A stretch of DNA of 64,000 nucleotides, taken from NCBI GenBank assembly GCA_020845775.1, contig JADLFC010000116.1:7710-71709 (forward strand). The letters are read 5' to 3'. Position numbers and translations under genes: made by a program. Of the stretch, positions 10,181-21,100 are shown in pieces (within the stretch, counting starts at the first letter, position 1; the number at the start of each line of letters is the position of its first letter). The notes under the pieces were generated by a model. That model was not told the origin of the DNA, made no database searches, and was given only the letters and a program-made list of their open reading frames with translations. This stretch comes from Deltaproteobacteria bacterium (GTDB taxonomy: Bacteria > Bdellovibrionota_C > UBA2361 > SZUA-149 > JADLFC01).

Positions 10181-11601
10181 TGAAGTCTGCTGTACCTGCT
10201 CATTCCGATTTAAGTGTTAAAAAAAACATTCTCATTATTGAAGAAAGTTCCGACATTTTTTCGGCCATTAAACCGCTTGTTGCTACACAAGGCTACGCGG
10301 TTAGCAGAGCTAAGAACCCCGAATCTGCCATAAAGGCGCTGTCAGAAAACTCTTTTGACGCAATCGTATGGGATCTAAACCCTCAAGATACTGAAACATT
10401 AGCTTCGTTTGTGCGGTTAAAAAACGACTTAGAAACTTCTCCTATAATTTTAGTTTCGAGCAGTGACGATGAGCACTGTCACTTACAAGCCATTAGAAAT
10501 GGCGCCGATGATTGTATCGCAAAGCCATTAGACAACAGTAAACTTCTAACGACCATTGCGAAGTCGCTAGCAAGGCACGCACACAAAACTGCGCCGTCAA
10601 GCCTGGCGCAGGATGGGCAAGATTTCAATTTTCGGAATATCGTGGCAAAAAGCAAAATAATGCTCGATATCTTTGAGACTATAAGAAAGATCGCCGACTA
10701 TCGCACAACTATTATGATTTACGGCGAGTCTGGAACTGGCAAGGAGTTAATCGCAAAAGCAATCCACTACAACTCCTCGCGAAGGAACAAGCGATTTATC
10801 GCCATAAATTGCGGGGCGATTCCAGAAAATCTTTTGGAGTCGGAACTGTTTGGTCACAAGCGCGGCGCCTTTACGGACGCAACTAGGAATAAGAAGGGAT
10901 TGTTTGAGGAAGCTGATGGCGGAACAATTCTACTTGACGAAATCGGAGAGTTACCTCTCCACTTACAGGTCAAGTTATTGAGAGTGCTTCAAGAAAGCCA
11001 GATACGGAGAGTTGGCGATGAGGAGCTCATTTCAATAGATGTCAGAGTTATTGCAGCGACGTTAAGAGATTTAGAGCAAGATGTTTTGGAAGGGCGTTTT
11101 AGAGATGATTTGTATTATCGCTTGAACGTAATTTCCATACATGTTCCACCGCTTCGCGAACGGCGGGAGGACATAGCAGTGCTAGTAAATCATTTCATCA
11201 AGAAGCACAAGAACAAGCTGCATCTCTCGGTAAATGGAATTACCGCTGATGCGATGTCGGTGCTTATGAAGCACAGCTGGCCGGGCAATATTAGGGAACT
11301 AGAAAATTGCATTGAACGCGCGATGATTTTAACTAACTGCGAAGACATTACAGTCGATAGTCTTCCAAATTCTGTCAAGGAAGCCGATAGCGCTATTTTC
11401 CCATTGCAAGCCACAGACCCTGAGGAACTTTCTATCAAGGTTCATTCGCGAATTATTGAAGAATCGCTAATTAGAAAGGCTTTAAAAAAGACCAGAGGAA
11501 ATCGCACTCGAGCGGCCAAGCTGCTTGAGATTAGCCATCGCACCTTACTCTATAAACTCAAGGAATTTAACTTGGATGATTTAGAGGAGCAAAAATCCTA
11601 G
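10180..11601 (+). CDS. Sigma-54-dependent transcriptional activator, NtrC/PilR-like, with an N-terminal receiver-like domain
   Basis: AAA+ sigma-54 interaction domain GESGTGKELIAKAIH...ESELFGHKRGAFTDA; C-terminal Fis-type HTH RAAKLLEISHRTLLYKL; receiver-like N-terminus whose acidic pocket is EE...SD instead of DD. Confidence 0.85.
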   Translation: MKSAVPAHSDLSVKKNILIIEESSDIFSAIKPLVATQGYAVSRAKNPESAIKALSENSFDAIVWDLNPQDTETLASFVRLKNDLETSPIILVSSSDDEHCHLQAIRNGADDCIAKPLDNSKLLTTIAKSLARHAHKTAPSSLAQDGQDFNFRNIVAKSKIMLDIFETIRKIADYRTTIMIYGESGTGKELIAKAIHYNSSRRNKRFIAINCGAIPENLLESELFGHKRGAFTDATRNKKGLFEEADGGTILLDEIGELPLHLQVKLLRVLQESQIRRVGDEELISIDVRVIAATLRDLEQDVLEGRFRDDLYYRLNVISIHVPPLRERREDIAVLVNHFIKKHKNKLHLSVNGITADAMSVLMKHSWPGNIRELENCIERAMILTNCEDITVDSLPNSVKEADSAIFPLQATDPEELSIKVHSRIIEESLIRKALKKTRGNRTRAAKLLEISHRTLLYKLKEFNLDDLEEQKS

Positions 11602-11611
11602 TAACGATAAG

Positions 11612-12310
11612 ATGAACTGCCACGATTTAAAAGTTTTTAAGAAAACTTTTACTGCGACTATGCTTGCATTACTTTTGGTTTTCGGTCTTCTGCCGCGTTG
11701 TGCTTACGGAGATCCTATTTATACTTGGAAAGACGAAAACGGCAGAGTGGTATTTGGAACCAAGCCGCCTTCAGATGCAGCGACGGAAGCAAATCTTCCG
11801 GAAATAAATCGCGAAGATTTAGAGCTTAAAATCGAGAAATTGAAGAAAAACCTGCCTCCCAATTGCATAAAGCACGGTGGTGTGGACTGTTCTAAGGGTG
11901 CTGATGGCGATGGTAGCGTTATATGTTTAGATGGCTACAAAAACGCCATCTTGCCATTTCGCTTTAAGTGCAGGACTGCCAGTTTAGCAGTTAGCCGCAT
12001 CGAAATCGAAGTGCCGAATGCTGCGAGTCAATCGGAATCCATGAATAACCTACAGTTAGTTTTAAGAAACTTGGCTGATGTGGCCGCTGAAGATGTACAA
12101 GTTGAATTTATCATTTCAAAGCGCAGTAAAATTCGAGCCAATGGCCCTAGCAGAGTTGAACCTTTCGGCATTGCAGATTATATTCTCCCCTTGACTGATG
12201 GAGCTAAGCAGCTATCGCCTTTAACTATTGGCGACATCGAATTTAAAGCTCGCTGTGCTAATTGTTCTTCGACGATAAGAAAAAGGATTAAAGATGTTAA
12301 ATCAGATTAG
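11612..12310 (+). CDS. Secreted DUF4124-domain protein
   Basis: Signal peptide followed by the DUF4124 signature IYTWKDENGRVVFGTKPP. Confidence 0.55.
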   Translation: MNCHDLKVFKKTFTATMLALLLVFGLLPRCAYGDPIYTWKDENGRVVFGTKPPSDAATEANLPEINREDLELKIEKLKKNLPPNCIKHGGVDCSKGADGDGSVICLDGYKNAILPFRFKCRTASLAVSRIEIEVPNAASQSESMNNLQLVLRNLADVAAEDVQVEFIISKRSKIRANGPSRVEPFGIADYILPLTDGAKQLSPLTIGDIEFKARCANCSSTIRKRIKDVKSD

Positions 12311-12887
12311 AGATATACTTCTAGCCGAAGCAAAGGTAATTTCCTCGCTTCCGATTGACAAATCTGCGGTGAAGGCAGTGGAGGCGATGCTTAGTTGCAA
12401 GGGCAAGGTTTTTGTAACTGGCATAGGAAAAGCTGGCTATGTTGCACGAAAAACCGCATCGACGTTTTCGACTACCGGTACGCCATCGGTATATTTACAC
12501 CCGGGAGATGCTTCGCATGGCGACGTTGGAGTTATTACCAAGAATGACATTTTGCTAGCATTTTCAAACAGCGGGAAAACTCGTGAGATTTTAGAAACTG
12601 TTCATTTCAGTAGATACCTCGGAGTAGAAGCCGTAATAACAGTGACCTCTTCTAAAGACTCTCCGCTCGGCCAGGAAAGTGACATAGTAATTGAACTTGG
12701 TCACATCGAGGAGCCTTGCCCCTTGGGTCTCACGCCAACTGCGAGCACAACCGCTATGATAGCAATTGCCGATGCCCTAGCACTAACCGCCATGAAGCAC
12801 CGCGGATTCACAAAATCCGACTTTGCCGCCCGGCACCACGGTGGCTATTTAGGTAAGAAGCTAAGAGAAGAAAATGAAGATACCTAA
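12294..12887 (+). CDS. SIS-domain sugar-phosphate isomerase, KpsF/KdsD-like SIS module lacking the CBS pair
   Basis: VFVTGIGKAGYVARKTASTFSTTGTPSVYLHPGDASHGDVGVI matches the arabinose-5-phosphate isomerase SIS domain; only 197 aa. Confidence 0.65.
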   Translation: MLNQIRDILLAEAKVISSLPIDKSAVKAVEAMLSCKGKVFVTGIGKAGYVARKTASTFSTTGTPSVYLHPGDASHGDVGVITKNDILLAFSNSGKTREILETVHFSRYLGVEAVITVTSSKDSPLGQESDIVIELGHIEEPCPLGLTPTASTTAMIAIADALALTAMKHRGFTKSDFAARHHGGYLGKKLREENEDT

Positions 12888-13030
12888 CCCACGATTATTC
12901 ACAGTATTTTTGTCAAAACCGTGAAAAAACTCTCTTTTGACACAGTCGCTACCTTAAGTATTAAGCGAACGTGGTTTTTTCTGGCAAACTGTGGCAATCG
13001 TGATATACCGTTTCTAAAAAGTAGGGGAAT

Positions 13031-14143
13031 ATGTCGAAAAAAGTTTGGTTGATTCTATTGAGCGCCATGCTGCTAGGCGGCTGCGGTGGAGAGAAAAATA
13101 ATGTCGTCAAATTGGCCGTTGTCTCACCGCTAACTGGAGACGTGGCGGCAATGGGTCAGGGCATGAAGCGGGGCGTGGACATGGCGGTGGACGAGGCAAA
13201 TGCTGCTAAGGTGCTTGGGGATAAGACCATCGTAATGGAGGCGTTCGATGACCGGGCCGATCCAAAGGAAGCGGTCAATGCAGCCAACCGAATTATCTCG
13301 GATAGGCGAATCCTCGGCGTTATCGGCCATCTCAACAGCGGGTGCTCAATTCCAGCCAGTCAGATATACGCCAAACGCAATTTGGTGATGATCTCCCCGG
13401 CTTCTACCAACCCCAAGCTTACTTTGCAGGGTTTAAAAAACGTGTTTCGCGTCTGCACCACAGACGATGTGCAAGGCTCGCAGGCCGCGGATTTTGCAGT
13501 CCAGACGTTGAACGCCAAGCGGATGGCAGTAATCCACGATAAAACCGCCTATGGCCAGGGGCTCGCTGAGAATTTCCAAAAACGGGCTCAAGAATTGCAA
13601 GCCGAGGTCACAGGGTTTGACGGCATCGACATTGGAGACAAGGATTTTAAAGCTCTGCTAACCGCTATTAAGACCAAGCAACCTGAGCTTATCTATTTTG
13701 GCGGCATGTACACCGAGGGCGGCCTGCTTACTAAGCAGGCTAAGGAGCTCGGCCTAAACATGCCACTGCTTGCTGGAGACGGCAGCTACACGCCGGAATA
13801 TATAAAAATCGGCGGCAAGTCCTCGGAAGGCGATTACGTTACCACCATGGGCGTTAATCCGGAAGACCTCCCCCTGGCCAAGGGTTTTCTGGAGAGATTC
13901 AAGGTTCGCTATCCGGGAGTGGACATGCAGCCGTACGATCTCTATTCCTATGAAGCAGCGAATCTGCTAATCGCGGCCCTGGCTGAGGCTAAACTAGATC
14001 CCACTAAAATTCCAGCCACCGTCGCGGGCATAAATTATGCTGGAATTTTGGGCACCACCAAGTTTGACCAGAACGGCGATACCTTGAATAAGACCATTAG
14101 CATTTACCAAGTCAAGGACGGCAAATACGCGTTTGTAAAGTAA
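13031..14143 (+). CDS. livK: Branched-chain amino acid ABC transporter substrate-binding lipoprotein, LivK/LivJ family
   Basis: Lipoprotein signal LLGGCGG; type-I periplasmic binding fold; followed by livHMGF. Confidence 0.8.
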   Translation: MSKKVWLILLSAMLLGGCGGEKNNVVKLAVVSPLTGDVAAMGQGMKRGVDMAVDEANAAKVLGDKTIVMEAFDDRADPKEAVNAANRIISDRRILGVIGHLNSGCSIPASQIYAKRNLVMISPASTNPKLTLQGLKNVFRVCTTDDVQGSQAADFAVQTLNAKRMAVIHDKTAYGQGLAENFQKRAQELQAEVTGFDGIDIGDKDFKALLTAIKTKQPELIYFGGMYTEGGLLTKQAKELGLNMPLLAGDGSYTPEYIKIGGKSSEGDYVTTMGVNPEDLPLAKGFLERFKVRYPGVDMQPYDLYSYEAANLLIAALAEAKLDPTKIPATVAGINYAGILGTTKFDQNGDTLNKTISIYQVKDGKYAFVK

Positions 14144-14181
14144 GGGCGCGATTAGCGCACGGCAACTCCGGAGAAAAACCC

Positions 14182-15069
14182 ATGCTCCTACAGCAACTTG
14201 CCAATGGCCTGACTCTTGGCAGTATCTATGCGCTGTTCGCACTAGGGTATACAATGGTCTACGGCGTATTGCTGATGATAAACTTTGCCCATAGTGAAAT
14301 TTTCATGGTGGGCGCCTATTGCGGCCTCGGCATTTTAAGCCACCTCGCTCTGGGAAACTCAGCGTCCCTGCTGTTTGTTGTTATTTCGGCTGCACTCCTG
14401 GCCGCCGGCCTGCTCGCGGTGTTGGTCGAACGCGTGGCTTACCGACCACTGAGGCACGCGCCGCGGCTGGCCCCGCTAATCAGCGCCATCGGCATTTCAA
14501 TTTTCCTGCAAAATGCCGTCATGCTCGGCATCAGCGCCCAATCACTGCCGTATCCGGAAAAAATCACCGTCACCCAACTCCAACTCGGGGGAGCAACGGT
14601 CAATTCACTACAAATTCTTATCTTCTCCCTGGCCATCGGCCTGATGCTGCTGCTTAACCTGTTTCTGCGCAGAACCAAACTGGGTAAGGCCATGCAGGCG
14701 ATTGCCCAGAACCATACCGTCTCACAGTTGATGGGAATCAATGTCAATGCCATTATTGCTCTGACTTTTTTCATCGGCGGCGGTTTGGGCGGAGTGGCCG
14801 GCGCACTCAACGGATTTTATTACGGCAGCATCAAATACAACATGGGTTTTTTTCCGGGAATTAAAGCTTTCACGGCAGCAGTGCTGGGCGGGATCGGCAA
14901 TATCCATGGCGCTATGCTGGGCGGATTCATACTCGGCATTCTGGAGGTCTTTGCAGCTGGATACATATCCTCAGAATACAAGGACGCCATTGCCTTTCTG
15001 GTGCTAATCGTGGTGCTAATCTTCCGGCCGGGTGGCCTCCTCGGAGAACAGATAACGGAAAAAATATGA
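14182..15069 (+). CDS. livH: Branched-chain amino acid ABC transporter permease LivH
   Basis: Polytopic membrane protein in the LivH position; ends with the conserved FRPGGLLG tail. Confidence 0.8.
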   Translation: MLLQQLANGLTLGSIYALFALGYTMVYGVLLMINFAHSEIFMVGAYCGLGILSHLALGNSASLLFVVISAALLAAGLLAVLVERVAYRPLRHAPRLAPLISAIGISIFLQNAVMLGISAQSLPYPEKITVTQLQLGGATVNSLQILIFSLAIGLMLLLNLFLRRTKLGKAMQAIAQNHTVSQLMGINVNAIIALTFFIGGGLGGVAGALNGFYYGSIKYNMGFFPGIKAFTAAVLGGIGNIHGAMLGGFILGILEVFAAGYISSEYKDAIAFLVLIVVLIFRPGGLLGEQITEKI

Positions 15070-16046
15070 AGCCGATCCGCTGGCCCGTCGCGGCCATTAG
15101 CCTTGGTTTTTTTCTGCTGCTCATACTCCCGCTGCTGCTCGGTCCAGACAACTCTTACGTGCTCTATATAGCAAGCCTTATCGGCATTTACGCACTGCTC
15201 TGCCTGGGGCTCAACATCACCATCGGCTATATCGGCCTGTTGGATCTGGGTTTCATGGCGTTTTATGCCATCGGCGCCTACTTGGCAGCACTTCTTAGCA
15301 TACGCGGAGTCTCTTTCTGGCTAATCCTACCAATCTGCGCGCTGGCCGGCGGCCTGCTGCGCTACCTACTTGGACGACCCATTCTAAAACTGCGCGGCGA
15401 TTACCTAGCGATCGTAACACTCGCTTTCGGCGAGATCACTCGCCTCGTTGCCAATAATGCCGTAGCTATCACCAATGGCCCCAAGGGGCTGCCACGGGTC
15501 GGCGAGAAGATGAGCGAGGTTAGCCTGCTCGGCGTGGTTTTTAATGACACCATCCATTACTATTATTTAATTCTCGCCATGGTGGCGTTTACAGCGGTTA
15601 TCAGTTATCGTCTGGAGCACTCGCGTATGGGACGCGCCTTTGTCGCTATCCGCGAAGACGAGCTAGCGGCAGAACTATCCGGGATCAACGTGGCACGTGT
15701 AAAATCCGTAGCCTTTGTGATAAGCGGCATGTTCGGCGCACTGGCTGGAGCTATATATGTGCACTGGATCGGATTCGTCTCGCCCGAGATGTTCACCTTC
15801 TGGGAATCGGTCTTTTTGGTCGCAATGATAGTGGTGGGCGGTATGGGCAACCTGACGGGTGTGGGACTGGGAGTGGTGCTCCTGGTCGGAATGCCGGAAG
15901 TCCTGCGTTCTACCTTGGGAACGCAGTTCGTGGATTTCCGCATGCTGGTATTTGGCTTAGTGATGGTGGTGGTAATTATCTTCCGACCACAGGGATTAAT
16001 TCCGTCCAGGCGCCGCTTATTGGAGTTGCATACGCCTAAAAATTAA
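15066..16046 (+). CDS. livM: Branched-chain amino acid ABC transporter permease LivM
   Basis: Polytopic permease translationally coupled to livH; IFRPQGLI tail. Confidence 0.8.
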   Translation: MKPIRWPVAAISLGFFLLLILPLLLGPDNSYVLYIASLIGIYALLCLGLNITIGYIGLLDLGFMAFYAIGAYLAALLSIRGVSFWLILPICALAGGLLRYLLGRPILKLRGDYLAIVTLAFGEITRLVANNAVAITNGPKGLPRVGEKMSEVSLLGVVFNDTIHYYYLILAMVAFTAVISYRLEHSRMGRAFVAIREDELAAELSGINVARVKSVAFVISGMFGALAGAIYVHWIGFVSPEMFTFWESVFLVAMIVVGGMGNLTGVGLGVVLLVGMPEVLRSTLGTQFVDFRMLVFGLVMVVVIIFRPQGLIPSRRRLLELHTPKN

Positions 16047-16053
16047 TGAGGCC

Positions 16054-16812
16054 ATGGCAGAGCTGCTAAACATCGAGCAAGTCACCAAGCGCTTCGGCGG
16101 ACTGGAAGCCGTCTCAGGCGTCAGTCTGCAACTTGCGCTATGCGAAGTGCTTGGGCTCATAGGACCTAATGGCGCGGGAAAGTCAACGCTGTTTAACCTG
16201 ATTACAGGTGTCTATGCGCCGGACGAAGGCAGAATTGTTTTCCGCAACCGGATGCTCAATCATCTTCCGCCGCATAAGGTAGTGGGAATCGGGATCGCCC
16301 GCACATTCCAAAACATTCGGCTGTTTGCCAACATGACAGCACTTGAAAATGTAATGGTGGGACGACACTGTCGCACCCGCGCCGAGCTGGCGGGGGCACT
16401 GTTACGCACTCCTGGCTTTCGGCAAGAGGAACGCGAAATTCGCGAGCAGGCGCGCGCGCTGCTAGACCGTGTCGGACTGTTAGAGCATGGCAATGAGCTA
16501 GCTAAAAACCTCTCCTACGGCGACCAACGACGATTGGAGATAGCCCGAGCTCTAGCAACAGATCCGGCTTTGCTACTGCTAGACGAGCCGACGGCCGGCA
16601 TGAACCCCAGGGAAAGCGCAGGCTTGGTCTCGCTTATTCAGACCATCCGCCAACAGGAAGTGGCGATAATCATTATCGAACACCAGATGGAGGTTGTGAT
16701 GAACCTCTCGGATCGGGTAATAGTTCTGGATTACGGCAAAAAAATCTGCGAGGGCACGCCGGCAACGGTGCAAAAAGACCCACGGGTTATGGAGGCGTAC
16801 CTTGGCACCTGA
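16054..16812 (+). CDS. livG: Branched-chain amino acid ABC transporter ATP-binding protein LivG
   Basis: Walker A GPNGAGKST; ABC signature LSYGDQRRLEIARAL; Walker B LLLLDEP. Confidence 0.85.
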   Translation: MAELLNIEQVTKRFGGLEAVSGVSLQLALCEVLGLIGPNGAGKSTLFNLITGVYAPDEGRIVFRNRMLNHLPPHKVVGIGIARTFQNIRLFANMTALENVMVGRHCRTRAELAGALLRTPGFRQEEREIREQARALLDRVGLLEHGNELAKNLSYGDQRRLEIARALATDPALLLLDEPTAGMNPRESAGLVSLIQTIRQQEVAIIIIEHQMEVVMNLSDRVIVLDYGKKICEGTPATVQKDPRVMEAYLGT

Positions 16813-17521
16813 ATCTTTGCTGCAATTGGAAAATCTGTCGGTATCCTATGGACAGATCGTCGCTCTACATGGAGTGTCTCTGCATATAGACGCCGGCGAG
16901 ATCGTAGCTATTTTAGGAGCAAATGGCGCGGGAAAGTCAACGCTCATCAACGCAGTTTCCGGCGTTGTGCCAATCCGCGGCGGCCGGGTGCTTTTTCAGA
17001 ACCGAGAACTGCAACAACTGCCAGCATGGCAAATCGCACGCCAAGGAGTGATTCAGATTCCGGAAGGCCGAAAGGTGTTTCCGAAAATGACCGTGCTGGA
17101 AAATCTGGAGCTCGGAGCCTTTCCGACCAAGAACCGAACGGTAGTGCGAACTCGACTTGAGGAAATGTTTGACCGCTTTCCCTTATTGGCAGAACGACGT
17201 CAGCAGCTTGCCGGCACTCTCTCCGGCGGAGAGCAGCAGATGCTGGCTATAGGCCGCGGGCTAATGGCTAATCCGCAGTTGCTGCTGTTTGACGAGCCGT
17301 CAATGGGTCTCTCTCCGGTCATGGTAGAAAAGGTTTTTAAGATCATCAATGATATAAATCGACAAGGCATAACCGTGCTACTGGTAGAGCAAAACGCCAA
17401 CAAATCGCTCCGGATCGCAAATCGGGCTTATGTTTTGGAAACGGGGAAAATCGTGCTATCCGACACCAGCGCCAATCTACTCGAAAACGATGAGGTAAAA
17501 AAGGCCTACCTGGGAGTCTAG
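16802..17521 (+). CDS. livF: Branched-chain amino acid ABC transporter ATP-binding protein LivF
   Basis: Walker A GANGAGKST; ABC signature LSGGEQQMLAIGRGL; Walker B LLLFDEP. Confidence 0.85.
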   Translation: MAPESLLQLENLSVSYGQIVALHGVSLHIDAGEIVAILGANGAGKSTLINAVSGVVPIRGGRVLFQNRELQQLPAWQIARQGVIQIPEGRKVFPKMTVLENLELGAFPTKNRTVVRTRLEEMFDRFPLLAERRQQLAGTLSGGEQQMLAIGRGLMANPQLLLFDEPSMGLSPVMVEKVFKIINDINRQGITVLLVEQNANKSLRIANRAYVLETGKIVLSDTSANLLENDEVKKAYLGV

Positions 17522-17522
17522 C

Positions 17523-18026
17523 CTATCGCTGACCCATTGCCCCCATGGAGTTCATGTTTAACTTCATGCCGTTTGGCATAATAACATCCCCTGGTTTTTG
17601 ATCCGCCTCACACTCTCCTAACCAACGTGCCGACAACGTCATCTTTTGCTCAGACATTCCAGCCATGGGCGGCTCGAATTTGGTAACGATCTCGCCACTG
17701 TAATTTGACGAAAAGTCCCCTGAGAAAACTGTCTTTGAAATCATCCGAGTGCCATTTGCATTGCAATCCGATTCAGCGACAAAATTAGCCCCTCGCTTGC
17801 CAAATTCGTTCTTCGTACACCCCATCCCCTCGCTCATACTCTTTCCCGCATTCATCATAGCGGCATCCGTTGCAGCATCTATGCAATGCTTCATCTTATT
17901 ACCACCTCCAGGCATACCCGGCATGGAAGTCTCAATCTCCCACAATCCTGGCTTCCTGCTGGGATAGTCTTCAGCAACAGCACCAAGGGGCAAAACCAAA
18001 AACAATGCAAATGCAATTTTCCTCAT
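17523..18026 (-). CDS. Secreted DUF3617-like protein. The ORF extends to 18125; the start at 18026 (MRKIAF) is preferred
   Basis: Signal peptide MRKIAFALFLVLPLGAVA followed by the PGLWE motif typical of DUF3617; Gly/Met-rich. Confidence 0.45.
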   Translation of the reverse strand: MRKIAFALFLVLPLGAVAEDYPSRKPGLWEIETSMPGMPGGGNKMKHCIDAATDAAMMNAGKSMSEGMGCTKNEFGKRGANFVAESDCNANGTRMISKTVFSGDFSSNYSGEIVTKFEPPMAGMSEQKMTLSARWLGECEADQKPGDVIMPNGMKLNMNSMGAMGQR

Positions 18027-18121
18027 AAAAACTCTTAACTCTAAAACTGCGTTAATAAAAACGGTTAATAAAATAAACACAGTCACTATATAACATATAA
18101 GTTTGATCGAGACAGCCCAAT

Positions 18122-21100
18122 TCATACCAACTCAATGTCTACTATTACCGGCAAATGATCTGAGGCAATTCTCGTTAGCTCATTGTGCGGCACGAAACTA
18201 TCAATTACCTTAATGCCCTCACTCACAAAGATATGATCGATGCGGCAAACCGGCCACTGAACATGCCAGGTATTGGAACCATTGCCAACCGACAGCGGAT
18301 AGCGCTCTAACGAACTCGAGTCCTCTTCTCCACTGTGCGCATCCACAAGCACTTCCTTAAACATTCTACACACCTTCGACCGCGGCGTGGCATTAAAATC
18401 TCCACATACTACGATTGGCCCTATACATTTTGGGTTTTTTACCCATCCTTTCCCCAGTAAACTTTCCGCCTGCAACTCCCGTTCTTTGCGCTCCAACCCC
18501 ATATGGGTATTGATTACCTGCAACTTAACTCCATTTCCAACATCAACTTCAACCCACAAAGCACCCCTGGGTTCTACATCCGCTCTCTTCACCTGTCGCG
18601 GCAATACGCCTGCCTTCTGAAGACTCATTGCGTACCTGCTTAAAATCGCATCGCCATAGCGCTCCTCCTTAACATGCATAGCAGGAGAAAAGTGAAATAC
18701 CATCTCGAGCTCATTAGCTATTGCCCGAGCCTGATCTAGGTGTTCAGAACGAGCTCTCCCGACATCGATTTCCTGTAACGCTATAATATCCGGTGAAAAT
18801 CTCTCGATAACCTTAGCAATCCTAGCAGGCGAAAGCTTCCCATCCATGCCTACGCACGAATGAACGTTATAAGTCATTACTCGAATAACGCGATTATTTC
18901 TCTTGCGCACTCGCCACACATCGCTAGTCGCCTCATCGACTGGCACTCCATGTAAATACCTATAGGCCTCCTTATATAGATCGCTAAATTTTAAATGCGC
19001 TCGACCCTCCTCTCCAATGTCAATTCCTCGCGGGAATATCCCAAATGCGTGCGTCTCCTCCGGGCCTGGCCCAGCATGCGAACCACTCTCTATGGGAAAT
19101 GACACCGTCTTAGCACCTAATCTCCAGCCAGAAATAACTAAATCGCCCGCTTCGCGATGATTACAATATTCGACGATGTCCTCCAATACATCTGAAAGAA
19201 ACGGATGCTGCTCTCCGAACACTACACTGCCATCGCGCGGTAGTTCGTACTCGCCAGCCTGATTGATTGCTAACACTTTGTCGCCAACCACAAACATTAC
19301 CAAAGGAACATGTGCCTCTCGCACAAGCCTTTGCGACATCGCCTTCTTCTCGACGAGAGACAACCTCTGCTTGCAATATATATTGCCTAGTGGGCCAAGA
19401 GCGGTAACGACAACTTTCTCGCCTTCCACCGCGCTAAAATCCCACTTGGGCTTTCTCAACAGCTTCTGCAACCAGCGGCCACCTATCCAACTTGCGCGAC
19501 CAAACAAAACGCTGTCGCGATATCTGCCGACCGCATTACTCGAAGTCTCCTTTGACGATACAACATCTTCACACAACTTCTTAACCGCCTCCTCAATACT
19601 TCTACCTTCCTCCTCAAGATAAGACACGGTATCTTCCTGCCCATGGTCTGAATATATCCACACCTCGTAGTCTCTGCGCGGCGATAGGCGCGCGGCGCGC
19701 CAGATACGTTTTATCGATGCATCAATCCCCTTAAGCGTCCAATATGCAAATTGAGAACTCGGTCCACGCCGATGCGCCTGTTCGTCATACCCCAAAAAGT
19801 TAACATGGATAACAGGCAACCCTCGAAAAGCATCCATAACCGCACCTGCCGTCACCATCTCGCGAAGCAGGATGCAAATTGCAACCCTCGTCGGAACAAA
19901 AACAATCTCCTTAAATAAATCCCTGCCTGCTATAAGTCCATTAACGCAATCCACTACTGCCAATACCGCCTCTATAAACATAAGCGCCAGGCATCTAATC
20001 ACAGTAACGCCATGCCAAATAGCTACGCCCAACAATTTCCAGGGATTTACCAGCTCAAAAACACTTCCCCACCCAAAGGCTGCCGGACAAAAACGCGCTT
20101 CAGCCGCCCCACCAGAATATATGTTAGAGCTCGAACTCCCTCCCTTCAAAAGCCCATCCCCAGCTTCCCGCAGACGCTTTTCTACAATCTCGGCACTAAC
20201 TGGATCTGACATCTTAAAAATTCGACCCAACTCTCTATCGAAAAACTCAAAACCAACAACTCCCATCTTCTGATTATAAAACAACTCGCCCTGAACGGAC
20301 GGCGTGCTAGAAGGCAAGCCAGAATATATGCTACGCAACTCATAACCTTGCTTCCTTACAAGGCGTCGCAAAAATCTTAGCTTTCCAGCATCACAAGCCT
20401 TCTCAAAGTTCGGGCGCGATAAACCATCTATTTGAATCATTATTAGCCCTGGCTTCGAGTCCGCATTAGTAGCGCACCACAACCCTAGCAGTTTGACCAT
20501 CAACTCCCCGCGACTAAACAGTATTCGCAGTTTGCGAATTTGGCGAACGATCTTGCGCACCCATCTCAAGCGAGAAAGAGTTGCAAAAAAGAATGCGTGC
20601 CTAAAAGCTTTTAGCGTTGTCTCTAGTAGCTCATATTCAACTTCTATTCTTCTCTGAGCCTCCGACCACGCGCTGTTATCAATGTCCTCTATCTTAGGCC
20701 CCTCGGTTAATAACTTCTCATACACATCTAAAACCCTAGCGGCACACCGCTCAATAGATAGAGACTGCGCTGTAGCTCTGGCGCCCACACTTAACGACAA
20801 ACGATTATCCACGTTACTAGCGCCAATGCGCTCAATCGCCGAACAAAACGCCTGCCTGTCCTGCCCACCTAACAAGAACCCATTTTCCCCAGTTCTAACT
20901 ATCTCGCGTACTCCTGGCGCATCAAGAGCCACGACTGGCACACCCGCCGCCATCGCCTCTGTAATGACCATCCCCTGCGTTTCAGATAGGGACGAAAACA
21001 CAAACACATCCATCGCGTGATAACTGTCAACTAGATCCTGACCCTCCAAGGAGCCCACACTATACAACCTATCCCCAAGTCTTGCCCGATTAAATATAGC

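Noticed and set aside
14319-15151. Several ORFs (112, 123, 61 and 74 aa) overlapping livH and livM on both strands
   Set aside because: They are shadow ORFs in a GC-rich permease gene, with Arg/Pro-rich low-complexity products. The LivH/LivM frames have clear membrane-protein character and operon coupling.
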